Below, piece by piece: positions 28,976 to 38,580 of a stretch of DNA of 64,000 nucleotides. Below the pieces are notes generated by a model. That model had not been told where the DNA came from. It made no database searches and was given only the letters and a program-made list of their open reading frames with translations. Numbering within the stretch: position 1 is the first letter of the stretch; each line of letters begins with the position of its first letter. A program made the translations under genes and the position numbers. The stretch covers positions 128,001 to 192,000 of the forward strand of contig OY970364.1 in NCBI GenBank assembly GCA_963718565.1, read 5' to 3'. The stretch is from an uncultured Verrucomicrobiae bacterium (GTDB lineage: Bacteria > Chlamydiota > Chlamydiia > Chlamydiales > Rhabdochlamydiaceae).

Positions 28976-31441
28976 GAAAAAGAAAGGGGCTTTGCCCCTT
29001 GAACCCCAGCAAAGGGCTGACTGCCCTTTGCAAACCCGTGGGCTTTTGTATAGGGCCCTGGGAGTTAGATTAAACAACAGAGGAGATTAGCTTAGATTTC
29101 TCGATTTTTGGTCTAGACAAAAGGAACCACTTTACATTCTCTCTAAAATCGGTACTCCAAGATCAGCATAGTCATACACCTGTGCTTCTTTTTTATGCGT
29201 ATATAGACGATGCAGTCTACCAACGTACTGAGCGATAGTTCCTTTCCATGAAATGGGCATGGTAAGAAATAAAGTGTCCAGGCGTGCATTATCAAAACCC
29301 TCACCGACAAACTTGCCAGTTGCAAGCAGCACTCTAGGCTCATTTGCAGGAATAGCAGCTAAACGGCTAGTCACTTGGGCAATTTCCTTTGAACTCATCC
29401 CACCGCGAAGCACTACCAGATGTTGAATATGGGGAGAAAGTCGCTCGAGCAAGCCGTCGAGATGTTCATTTCGTTCCGTCAGCACTAGCGGCGACCTACC
29501 GCTTTGAACTGCATAAATGACTTCATTACAAATTAGCTGGTTGCGATCTTCATCTCGGATGAGCTCATCGTATAAATCATTAAATTGAAGGCGAGTATCT
29601 TCGTTTGCCGGCTTGATAGGAGAAAATGCGGTTGGCCTAACAAATACGGTATGCTCAAACGGGCGTAACTCGGCTGCAGCCTTGGCGTCTACTCGGTAGC
29701 GCACGGGGCCGCATCTCATGAGAATGATTGGATGATGGCCATCTTTTCGTGTCAGAGTGGCTGTGAGTCCTGTAATAAATTTGGGCTTAGATTGGCGGGC
29801 CACTTGCTCAAAACTAAAAGCTGGCAAGTGATGGCATTCATCGACAATTAAATGGCCATATTGAGAGACAATATCATCAACGACTCCCTTGCGCGCAAGG
29901 CTTTGAATCACAGCTACATCAATCAGTCCTGTAGGCTTTCTCTTCCCTCCACCAATACGACCTATGGCATTTTTCGGCAGTTCAAGGAATGAGGAGAGTC
30001 TTTCTATCCATTGCTCTTGCAATTGCGTTCGATGCACAAGGATCAGCGTATTTACCTTCCGTTTCGAGATGAGCCATGCGCCAATAACGGTTTTGCCAAA
30101 TGCAGTCGTGGCTGACAGAACGCCAAAGTTTGTTTTAACCATTGCTGCTGCAGCAGCCTTCTGCTCAGGACGTAATTCGCCCAGGAATTTTGCTGTAAGA
30201 GAAGTCCCTGCTTGCAGCTCATCTCGAATAACCAGCCTGATTTTTAGGTCAGAGAGTAGGAGACAAATATCTTCAAGGCAACCTCGTGGCAATCCTATAT
30301 GATCAGAGTGATCTGCAACACATGAAATCATTCTTGGTTTTTCATGAGTTGGAAGTCTCATTGCTTGAGCTTTGTAAAATTCGGGGTTTGGAAATGCTGC
30401 AAGGCGCATTAACCGATTTCTTAACCACGGAGATAGTCCATTTTTGGGCACATAGATCTCATTTCCAACAGCGATTTCCAAACTTTCTGGCAGGTCAATA
30501 TTGGCAGGAACTGTTTTGTTGTGAGTAAATGGCCTATTCCATGGAGTAATGTCGTCCTCCTCGCTCACCGTGAGATGCATTCCAACGATGCGGCCCTTCC
30601 TTTCAGCAAGGGAGACAATCGTTTCGGCTTCCTGACGAGAAATCTTTCGTAATCCTGACAGGAATGCCCATTGATCCTCATAGGCAATTAAATCCTCATT
30701 CACAAATACGCTATTTCCAAGATCTCGGGCCTTTTTTTGCAAAGGGAGTGCGATGAGATTCCCAAATCCACCTTGAGGCAGCGTATCCTGATTTGGAAAG
30801 AATCGATCATAAGAATCCAGCCCGACATCTGGCCGATGCTCCATCGTTTCAGTGAGGATGTGACATCCTAGTTTTCGTGCGAGTATTGCTGGGATTGCGG
30901 TCGTAAAAAATAGCCAGACGTGAGCGCCCTTGCCAGAGCGAGAACGTTCCAGTGCTGCGGGTAAATTCAGCTGATGACAGGTTTTGAGAAAGGCACGCGC
31001 GTCCTCTTCCCAGCTGGACTTATCAAAATCAGCCGCCAGGAAGAAACAGGTTTCATTCAATAACATTGGATAAAGGCCCATGACAAAGTCTTTCCCAAAA
31101 TCATCTTGGCCGGAAAGATGCCATTTCACCACGTCATCAATCACGGGTAGGAATCTGCGATGTCTGCATTCAGAGCATTTGATTTTTGGCTTTTCGCAAA
31201 TTCCTCGTACCCATTCATTGCCACATGCAGGTGAATAGCCTGATTTCCCTGTCTTTTTACTTTCAAATCGCCGAGGATATAGATCTTCGCGGCCTCGGAA
31301 AAGGGACCGGAATAGGGCGATTTTGGTACAGGAGGGTGATTTTTGGGTAAGCTGGAGTTTCTCTTCCATTTAATGGCCAATAATTTTCAAGGAAAGTATA
31401 GAGGGTTTTGCTAGGCCTTACAAGTTCTTAAATATGGTTTC

Positions 31442-33100
31442 CTAATTCATGATTTGTAAAATGGCCGATGCTGCATTAAACCCGGATGTATAAGCGGCAT
31501 CTGCGGTGCCGTCTTTGAGTTGATTAATAGCCTCTCCGGCGAAAAACAACCTATTATCTATTGGTAATGTCAAATTCACAATATCGTTAAAACTAGTATT
31601 CAGCGAAGGGTAGGAATAACTGCCGAGGGAATAGGGGTCTTGCCCCCATCTTGTGATTTGGATCTGTAAGGGATCGGGAGCTGATGGATAAATTAAACGC
31701 AATTGGGTCATTACATTATTTACAATTTCAGCATCCGACAATTGTTCTTCGTCCCAAGCAAAATCTCCAATAGTAAAAACGAGTAAAATTGGCTTATTCA
31801 CAAATTCGCCAAAATTAAATATCATATAATAATTGTCTAATGAATTGGCAGTATAGGGAAGGGTAATTGTTTGATTCGCAGCCCAAAAAGCGCTAGGGAA
31901 TTGAAGGTATACTTTATCTAGCAAGCCATTCCCTAGATTTTGTATTGCCGTCCGCTGGGGTGCCGGCAGGCTTGGGATGAATTGGATCGTATTCGCCTGT
32001 AATACCCCGATTGGCACGGTGACTACTACATAATTTGCACTAAATGCTCTACCGTCAGTTGTGTTAATCAATATATTGTCATTTGTATAATTAATCTTAT
32101 TTACAACAGAATTTAGATTGATGTTTATTGAGTCAATGTCGAAAAGTAAATCGAGAAAGTTTGTGTATCCAATTGAAGGGATTGCATCGTGTCCTAGATT
32201 CAGATAGCTGGGGCCGACAAGGGAAGAAACGTCATAAGTATTACCGGCATACCAACTACTGTACAAGATATTATAAGCATAGGCTATATAAATATTATCG
32301 GGGTTTGGGGGTATGACGGTGTTGACAAAACAATTAACTGCATCTTGAAAACTACCGCAATAGGCAAATGTTCGAGATAGTAACGCTGTGCTTAATAGTG
32401 GGTAAAAATTAAAAAGATCAGTAATCGTACTAGGATCAACTGCTGTACCGTTATTATATATCCCAATTCCATTGGGGGGTATGACGGGTGTGGGTATCAA
32501 TGGAATGCCCATATCCTGTGCGATTGTGGCCAGCACATTATTGTCGACGTCGTGCAGCCAAGTGGCGCCTAAATCGGTATATGCGCCATCCATCGTCGTC
32601 GTTTGGATTCTGCCACCTGTTCTATTTCGAGCCTCCAGTATTAAGACATTCTTATTATTTGCTTGCAACACGGATGCGGCCTCTAATCCCGAAATGCCCG
32701 CCCCAATGACGATCACATCATAGGTGGGCACAGGCGTGACAGTCACATGGATCGGAACCTGCACCGCATCCAGCGTCGGTTTAGCCCACACCTTGAGCGC
32801 TGTCGAGATATTTTGAGCCGAAGTGGGCTGCAATTGCAATGTAACCGTAGCGGACTCTCCAGGCCCTAGCGAATTGCCAAGGGTGCTCGATAAGACGGAC
32901 ACACCTGTTGGAAATTGGCTTTGATTGACGGGAATGACAATGGCCCCCGATGAAATATTCGTTACGGTATAAGTGGCGCTCGAAATCGAATATTCCGTAA
33001 CCGTCGACGGAAACGGCGTCGTTGCAGTGATAGAAATGAGATGCGCAAATATTTTGAGCGGAAAAAGCAAGAGAAGGATCCCCAAGAATTTTCTTTTCAC
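31442..33100 (-). CDS. Secreted flavin monoamine/polyamine oxidase with an N-terminal Ig-like domain
   Basis: Signal peptide; about 100-aa Thr/Ser-rich beta domain; VIGAGISGL, EARNRTGGR, WGQDPYSLGSYS, FFAGEA. Confidence 0.88.
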   Translation of the reverse strand: MKRKFLGILLLLFPLKIFAHLISITATTPFPSTVTEYSISSATYTVTNISSGAIVIPVNQSQFPTGVSVLSSTLGNSLGPGESATVTLQLQPTSAQNISTALKVWAKPTLDAVQVPIHVTVTPVPTYDVIVIGAGISGLEAASVLQANNKNVLILEARNRTGGRIQTTTMDGAYTDLGATWLHDVDNNVLATIAQDMGIPLIPTPVIPPNGIGIYNNGTAVDPSTITDLFNFYPLLSTALLSRTFAYCGSFQDAVNCFVNTVIPPNPDNIYIAYAYNILYSSWYAGNTYDVSSLVGPSYLNLGHDAIPSIGYTNFLDLLFDIDSININLNSVVNKINYTNDNILINTTDGRAFSANYVVVTVPIGVLQANTIQFIPSLPAPQRTAIQNLGNGLLDKVYLQFPSAFWAANQTITLPYTANSLDNYYMIFNFGEFVNKPILLVFTIGDFAWDEEQLSDAEIVNNVMTQLRLIYPSAPDPLQIQITRWGQDPYSLGSYSYPSLNTSFNDIVNLTLPIDNRLFFAGEAINQLKDGTADAAYTSGFNAASAILQIMN

Positions 33101-33117
33101 ACGATTCTCCTTTCTCC

Positions 33118-33960
33118 TTAAAACAGATGGATGTAACAGAAATATAGATCATCCGAACTCAATGAACCGGTATCGAGGTGATGGGGATAAGCGGAACCTC
33201 GCTTGCCGAACGATGTCTTGCCCGAGTACACATAATGATACCCCACCGAAATCCGTTCCCGTTGAAAACTCGGTCTTTTTCCCAAATTGAAAGCGGCGCT
33301 TAGGCCTAAGCCTGCCTGGCAGGCGAAGCTGTTGTTCGTATGGGAATGAAAGGGGCCCACAGGAGGGTAACCGGAACTGTCGACAGCTGTTTCCTTATAA
33401 TCTTCCGCTCTGTTCCAGGCAGCGCCTACGCCAACGTCGATAAATGGGGAAATGTAGCGAAGCAGCCAAGTGAATTTAATTTCGGCAATCGCGCGCGCGT
33501 TGTTGCTTTTATACTTGTAATTGTAAAGCGTGCTGCTAGGATCGCCCTGAGGAGTCTCAATCACCCTGCCTTTGAAATGGTAATTTGGGCTGAAATACCC
33601 TCCGACACCCAACGCAATAGCGGGTTTCCACTTTGCCCCCGCAAACTCATAGCCGCCATTCACACTCGCCGTTACGGAAACTGGGCGTTTGGTTTTGAGA
33701 GGGTAGGCGTCAGTGATTTTAACGCCGCTTTCATAGGAGATCTTTGGCTTTCTTTTCCCTAACTTTGCCCAGCTGGCCCCAACCTCTACGCCTAGATAAA
33801 TATGCCCAGTATGAACATGCTCAGGAGTAGAAACGGTAGGGGATTTGCTTGATCCTGAAGAGGCCATAGATGGTTTGATAAGAACCCATGGCTCCGACCG
33901 GGCCTGGGATACGGAGGAAAAGAACAACATAAAACCGATGACGCGTGTAATGGCCCGCAT
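33118..33960 (-). CDS. Outer-membrane beta-barrel protein (Opa/OmpW-like)
   Basis: Signal peptide; IYLGVEVGASW, SPFIDVGVGAAWN, C-terminal Phe. Confidence 0.7.
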   Translation of the reverse strand: MRAITRVIGFMLFFSSVSQARSEPWVLIKPSMASSGSSKSPTVSTPEHVHTGHIYLGVEVGASWAKLGKRKPKISYESGVKITDAYPLKTKRPVSVTASVNGGYEFAGAKWKPAIALGVGGYFSPNYHFKGRVIETPQGDPSSTLYNYKYKSNNARAIAEIKFTWLLRYISPFIDVGVGAAWNRAEDYKETAVDSSGYPPVGPFHSHTNNSFACQAGLGLSAAFNLGKRPSFQRERISVGYHYVYSGKTSFGKRGSAYPHHLDTGSLSSDDLYFCYIHLF

Positions 33961-34006
33961 ATCTAAAATTTTTTAAAACGTAAAAACGATTTGAACAGAA
34001 ACAGAA

Positions 34007-34657
34007 ATGAAAATCAAGATCAAGTTTGAACAAGCCTTTCCCGTTCAAAACCAATATGGTTTCCAGCCCATCGATGAGGAGATAGAAGTTGCGCTCGTAA
34101 CAACACTTAAAAATCTTTTTCCTTCGGTTGATCATCTTTGTTGTGGACTGTGTGGGAAATTGGAATTTTTGATATCGGCGTCTCGAAGTCTCAATCGACC
34201 AGAGCTATTTCAAGTCGCCCTAAGAGCCCTAGGGATCCTGCTTGATAAAACAAATGGCCAACAGGACTTTAACTTATTCCATCATTTGCCCCGTGGAGTA
34301 TTTAATCCTGGTTTCATGCAGGGATTAGCTGGAATTGGCTACACACTGTTGCGCTTAATGGATACAGAACTTGTTGGTTTGAGCCATATGGCAATAAGCA
34401 AATATGAAAAAGGCTCATTAACCCCTTCTTCAGATATCCTTTTAAAACTGGCTAAAGCTTTGGAGGTCTCCGTAGAATTTTTTTTTCGCCCAGAGACTAT
34501 CGAGCTAGGAGAAATCAAATTTAGAAAAAGACTGCGTTTGAGAAAGAAAGTTGAAGAGTCTATCAAAGCTCAGATTGCCGATCAAATTGAACGTCGTTTG
34601 GAATTAGAAAACCTTTATCCAAATCCTCCAATTCAATCGTTATTGAACAAGATGTAG
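34007..34657 (+). pseudogene. Chimeric relic ORF: LanC/LanM C-terminal fragment fused to an XRE-HTH (ImmA/IrrE-type regulator) fragment
   Basis: DHLCCGLCG and PGFMQGLAGIGYTLLRL (LanC-like), then LVGLSHMAISKYEKG..PS..LAKALEVSVEFFFRP..FRK (HTH_3). Confidence 0.65.
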
Positions 34658-35495
34658 GAGGAGTGCTTATTTTTGATGACACGATTGAAGAGAAGACCTA
34701 CACGGACGAAAATGAGATTATTTGTTGGCATTACTCGCATGCCAAGGGAAGATGTGTGAAGGGGGTCAACCTTTTATCATGTCTTGCTCGCTACGGAGAT
34801 ATTGCCTTACCCATTGCTTATGAGCCTATTTATAAAGACGTGCTTTTTTGTGATGTCGCCAGCAAAAAAGTAAAAAGACAGTCTTCAGTCAGTAAAAATC
34901 AAATGTTTCGATCTATGATTGCCCAAGCTGTAACCAATAAGGTTAAATTTGACTATATATTGTCTGATAATTGGTTCGGAGCGAAAAAAATATGGAGTTT
35001 ATTCATTATGATATGAAAAAGAAGTTTGTAATTGGGATCAAAGCTAATCGATTGGTCGCTCTTTCTGAAGAGGACAGAAAAAATGGTCAGTACCAAAATC
35101 TAAATGCATTACCACTCAAGGATGGAGAAAAAAGAATAGTCTGGCTAAAAGACATGTCTTTTTCTGTAGCACTCATTACAAAGATCTTCAAAAACGAAGA
35201 CGGCTCTACAGGCACTCTATACCTTGTTACAAATGACTTAGAAAGTGGTGCTGACCGAATCTACGAAATCTACCAAAAACGGTGGCGCATAGAAGAATAT
35301 CACAAATCGATCAAGCAGAACGCTAGCCTTGAGAAATCGCCGACTAAGGTTCTGCGCTCTCAAAAGAACCATATTTTTGCATCAATCATCGCTTATTGCA
35401 AGTTGGAATTTCTCCGAACTCAAACTTTTTTGAATCATTTTGCTCTGAAATATCAATTACTGATGAAGCATGTTCGCAATGAAGATCATTTTTAA
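34640..35495 (+). pseudogene. IS701-family (IS4-like DDE) transposase, truncated and frameshifted
   Basis: LIFDDTIEEK, LSDNWF, YQKRWRIEEYHKSIKQ; frameshift near 34985. Confidence 0.8.
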
Positions 35496-36922
35496 AGCAG
35501 GTCTCTAAGATCAATCACTCGATAGAGGAGGGGACTCTCTTCTACTTTCGCGGACACTCCTCCAATATGGAAAAGAGCAAGGGCTTTGCCGAATCCTTTG
35601 GGAATAGCAAGTGTCTCGGATTTTTCCTTAAGTTCGTTGAGAATCGATGAACTCAATTCGTTTTTGCTAAACTTAAACTCACAAATAATTAAAACGTTCA
35701 GTTTTGTCTGAATTAGATAATCAATTTGACAGCCTTTTTTTCTTGCGGTTGGAGTTTGAACAAAAGGGTTATCGCAAATGATAGTGGAAGGATCCAACCC
35801 TAATGCCTGGAATAGAAATTCTCGATTTGTAAGGAGAAGACTTTCAAGCTGGAAGCCCATGATTGAATCCCATCCCGGAAGTTTGCCGGCAGCCGCTTTT
35901 TTATACGAGCCTTGCTCGATGAGATCTCGATAGGGTTCCACATATTTCAATTGAAAGCGCAAGAAACAATCGCTAAGCCGATAAAGTTTTTGTTTTCCAA
36001 CAGCACCCTTTTTGAAGGACCATTGGTAGTGTTCCGAGACAAACCCGGAGGCGACCAAATTTTTCATATGATCGCTAAGGGTGCCGCCCCCATCTAATTT
36101 GGTAAGATTTCGTATCTCTTGCTGTGTCTTCATCCCATCGATTAAAGCTTGCAAAATTTTACGGTATAATTCTCCCTTACGTTCAAATAGATCATGAAAA
36201 ATTGTTTGGAATTCATTAACAAGTTGACTTGCCGGTTCGAAGCACAGTTCGTAAATATTTTGATCTGCGCTTTCTTTTGGATCGATCAAATCCAAATACC
36301 AGGGGATCCCTCCTGTTACAGATAAAATCTTCAATAGCTCATAGATGGATCCAGAAAATCCTTTCTTTTTCAGAAAGGAGACTGAATCTTGGATCGATAA
36401 TGGTTTCAAATGGATCACCAATGAGATTCTTCCTACAAATCCTGTGTTGCGCAAGATGTTTTTTTCAATCCATATCGAGATAGAACCGCAGAGGATAAGA
36501 ACCAGAGATTGTTTCTTGCTGCCTTCCTGATCCCACCATGTTTTCAAAGAACCCAAAAAACTTGGATCGAGTCCTCCCATCCAGGAAATTTCATCCAGTA
36601 GGACGATAATTTCTTCATTTCCAATCTGAGCCCCGAGAAATCTGAACGCATCTGACCAGGTAGAGAAGCTTACACGGGGCAATCTGAGTTCGAGGCAAAG
36701 CTGATCTCCGAACTCGTCTCTTTGTTTTTGTTGGGTGATGCCAGGAGCTGGGGGCAGCCCAGATAAAGAGATCAGTCGCTTGTTCTTGGCAAACTCCTGA
36801 ACCAGCGTGCTTTTTCCTACTCTTCTTCTGCCTTTGATCACGACCAAAGAGGCTTTTTTTAATCTTTTCAAGCGCGATAAGCGGCTAAGCTCCTGCTTCC
36901 TTCCAAGAAAAAGACCCATCAT
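35492..36922 (-). CDS. AAA ATPase ('archaeal ATPase') with wHTH and C-terminal DUF234/PD-(D/E)XK domain
   Basis: FLGRKQEL, GRRRVGKS, LLDEISW, TGGIPWYL, QIDYLI...ICEFK. Confidence 0.85.
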   Translation of the reverse strand: MMGLFLGRKQELSRLSRLKRLKKASLVVIKGRRRVGKSTLVQEFAKNKRLISLSGLPPAPGITQQKQRDEFGDQLCLELRLPRVSFSTWSDAFRFLGAQIGNEEIIVLLDEISWMGGLDPSFLGSLKTWWDQEGSKKQSLVLILCGSISIWIEKNILRNTGFVGRISLVIHLKPLSIQDSVSFLKKKGFSGSIYELLKILSVTGGIPWYLDLIDPKESADQNIYELCFEPASQLVNEFQTIFHDLFERKGELYRKILQALIDGMKTQQEIRNLTKLDGGGTLSDHMKNLVASGFVSEHYQWSFKKGAVGKQKLYRLSDCFLRFQLKYVEPYRDLIEQGSYKKAAAGKLPGWDSIMGFQLESLLLTNREFLFQALGLDPSTIICDNPFVQTPTARKKGCQIDYLIQTKLNVLIICEFKFSKNELSSSILNELKEKSETLAIPKGFGKALALFHIGGVSAKVEESPLLYRVIDLRDLL

Positions 36923-36925
36923 AAT

Positions 36926-37010
36926 CTCCTAATATAGTTATTTGTAACATTTAGGAGGTTTTCATGCAACTCGATTTTCTCCTAAAAAACACATATGCTC
37001 TTTTTAGGAG
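36926..37010. promoter_or_regulatory. Two tandem palindromes CTCCTAA-N18-TTAGGAG upstream of the AAA ATPase gene (putative operators)
   Basis: At 36926-36957 and 36979-37010; the first overlaps the RBS. Confidence 0.55.
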
Positions 37011-37060
37011 ATTAGCTTAAGTTGTCTTAACACGCTAATTTTCAATTGGTTAGAAAATAT

Positions 37061-37105
37061 TGGGCAACCTGGACTTGAACCAGCGACCAGCGGGTTATGA
37101 GTCCG
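37061..37105 (-). repeat. att site: diverged 3' half of tRNA(CAU)
   Basis: Reverse complement CGGACTCATAACCCGCTGGTCGCTGGTTCAAGTCCAGGTTGCCCA; no D-arm or 5' half. Confidence 0.85.
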
Positions 37106-37323
37106 TGCAAACCCCATTAATCACAATCATTAGCAATAGCTAACGGCAACCAGAATAGTGATGTAAGGGATTTTTATCTATGTGAATCATTCGTCATGAC
37201 TTGCCATCTTTTGTGGCCGAATGGTCCAGGTTTGGTCCATTAGCATAATAGCTTTGAAAGTCAAAAAGCTAAATGGTATACAGTTAGTCCAATTGACAAA
37301 GAGAAATGTCTTAAAGTAACTGT

Positions 37324-37803
37324 ATGAAAATTTTTCTTGGTGTATTAGTCTTAAGCAGTCAAATCCTTTTTGCTGAACCTACCGAACAAGATCACATAAG
37401 AGCAACTCACAATCCAGACTACTACAAACACGTAGTACTTAAAGGAATCGTTAAGCAAATGGTTTTTCCTGGTCCTCCTCATTTTCTTAGTGTGGAAAGT
37501 GGGGATTGGGCGGAGCCAAGAACAATCTTAGAAGTGGATGAAGCTTCTTTGTTGCGGCTTGTTGAAGCTCAATCACAAGTAACCACTAGTCATTACTTGG
37601 GTAAATTCATTGATTCGGAATTGAAAGCGGATGAACCCAATGCCAATTGGGTTACTTTGGATTCATCTTTCACAGGAAAATCGAATAATATTGAGTTGTA
37701 TACAAATAAATCAGTGGTGATTGATGCAGTGATCAGCGCACAACCTGCACATTGTCATACTCCATTTGTAGTCGAAATCGCTGAGGTGCTTTTCCATGAA
37801 TAA
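37324..37803 (+). CDS. Secreted DUF4431-like protein
   Basis: Signal peptide; LKG....VFPGPP.F.S.E.GD..E motif; C-terminal HCHTP. Confidence 0.55.
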   Translation: MKIFLGVLVLSSQILFAEPTEQDHIRATHNPDYYKHVVLKGIVKQMVFPGPPHFLSVESGDWAEPRTILEVDEASLLRLVEAQSQVTTSHYLGKFIDSELKADEPNANWVTLDSSFTGKSNNIELYTNKSVVIDAVISAQPAHCHTPFVVEIAEVLFHE

Positions 37804-38512
37804 AAAGAAATTTGTGAGAGCTGAGGAAGGGAAACCTCCTGGAATTTCTGTAATTTATTACGATACCGATGGCAACATGACTATTCGTTATCACGATAAG
37901 AATGGGAAGACTGGGTCGATTGCCTGGAGAAACAACAATCCAGGAAATCTAGCTTGGGGCAGTGGTGTGCATGCTAAAAAAACTGGTTGTATAGGAAAAG
38001 CTAGAGGGCGCCCTGTTTTTCCAGATTATGAAACAGGCAAGCAATCTATGCGCCTCCTTCTCAAGGAAGATTTTTATCAGCGATTGACATTGAATCAATT
38101 GCCTAAAAAGTACACTGGGGTTCCGATTGAAGCTCCAGATACCGAAGAAGTAGAGATTTATCGCAGAGCTATTCGTGTTCAAATTAAATTTGATATGGAG
38201 CGCACTGTTAAATCTTTGAACGAAGAAGAGTATGAAAAACTACTTAAAGCTATGGAGACTCATGAGGGCTGGCTAGTAGGACATGAGGAATTTAAAGAGG
38301 TTGAAAAAATTACTGGAATTCATGTGAATAAAAAACGCGTGATCTCAGAATACCTTGTGCAAGGCATGAAAGGCGAACGTTGGCTTTTAAAAGATGCTGC
38401 AATTGCAATGGCTGAAGAAGGGCGCCTACATGCGATTGTTGTCCATGCAAAGAACGGAAATTATTTGCGACCTGAACATGGTTCTAAATCGTTCAGACAG
38501 TTGCTTTGCTAA
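37796..38512 (+). CDS. Lysozyme-like (RNNNPGN family) protein with C-terminal DUF3892-like domain
   Basis: GSIAWRNNNPGNL, VFPDYETG...LL...Y, HEG; C-terminal AIAMAEEGRL...NYLRP. Confidence 0.6.
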   Translation: MNKKKFVRAEEGKPPGISVIYYDTDGNMTIRYHDKNGKTGSIAWRNNNPGNLAWGSGVHAKKTGCIGKARGRPVFPDYETGKQSMRLLLKEDFYQRLTLNQLPKKYTGVPIEAPDTEEVEIYRRAIRVQIKFDMERTVKSLNEEEYEKLLKAMETHEGWLVGHEEFKEVEKITGIHVNKKRVISEYLVQGMKGERWLLKDAAIAMAEEGRLHAIVVHAKNGNYLRPEHGSKSFRQLLC

Positions 38513-38580
38513 GCATTGTAAACGAAAAAAGATAAGCCCATAACTACGAAACTTTACTCTCTCAAAAATATTGCATGAGT

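Larger units (their letters stand above)
27797..29136 (+). mobile_element. IS3-family insertion sequence
   Basis: Imperfect TIRs ending TAGACC (left) and starting GGTCTAG (right, terminating CA); orfA/orfB with an A9 slippery run near 28128-28136. Confidence 0.88.
27378..31369 (-). pseudogene. AEP-primase-like (TOTE-type) + SF2 helicase (ResIII-like) + DUF559/Vsr-like endonuclease fusion, split by IS3
   Basis: 29132..31369: DFDK, ERSRSGKGAHVW, ATTAFGKT, DECH, QYVGRLHR; 27378-27796 continues ARSATESFLFRRLE...VDLLC..LAIELDG.QH..DRRKD..L...GY.VLRF. Confidence 0.8.

Noticed and set aside
28984..29040. Hairpins GGGGCTTTGCCCC and GCAAAGGGC...GCCCTTTGC as an ncRNA
   Set aside because: They lie inside the IS3 right end and are most simply IS-internal structure.
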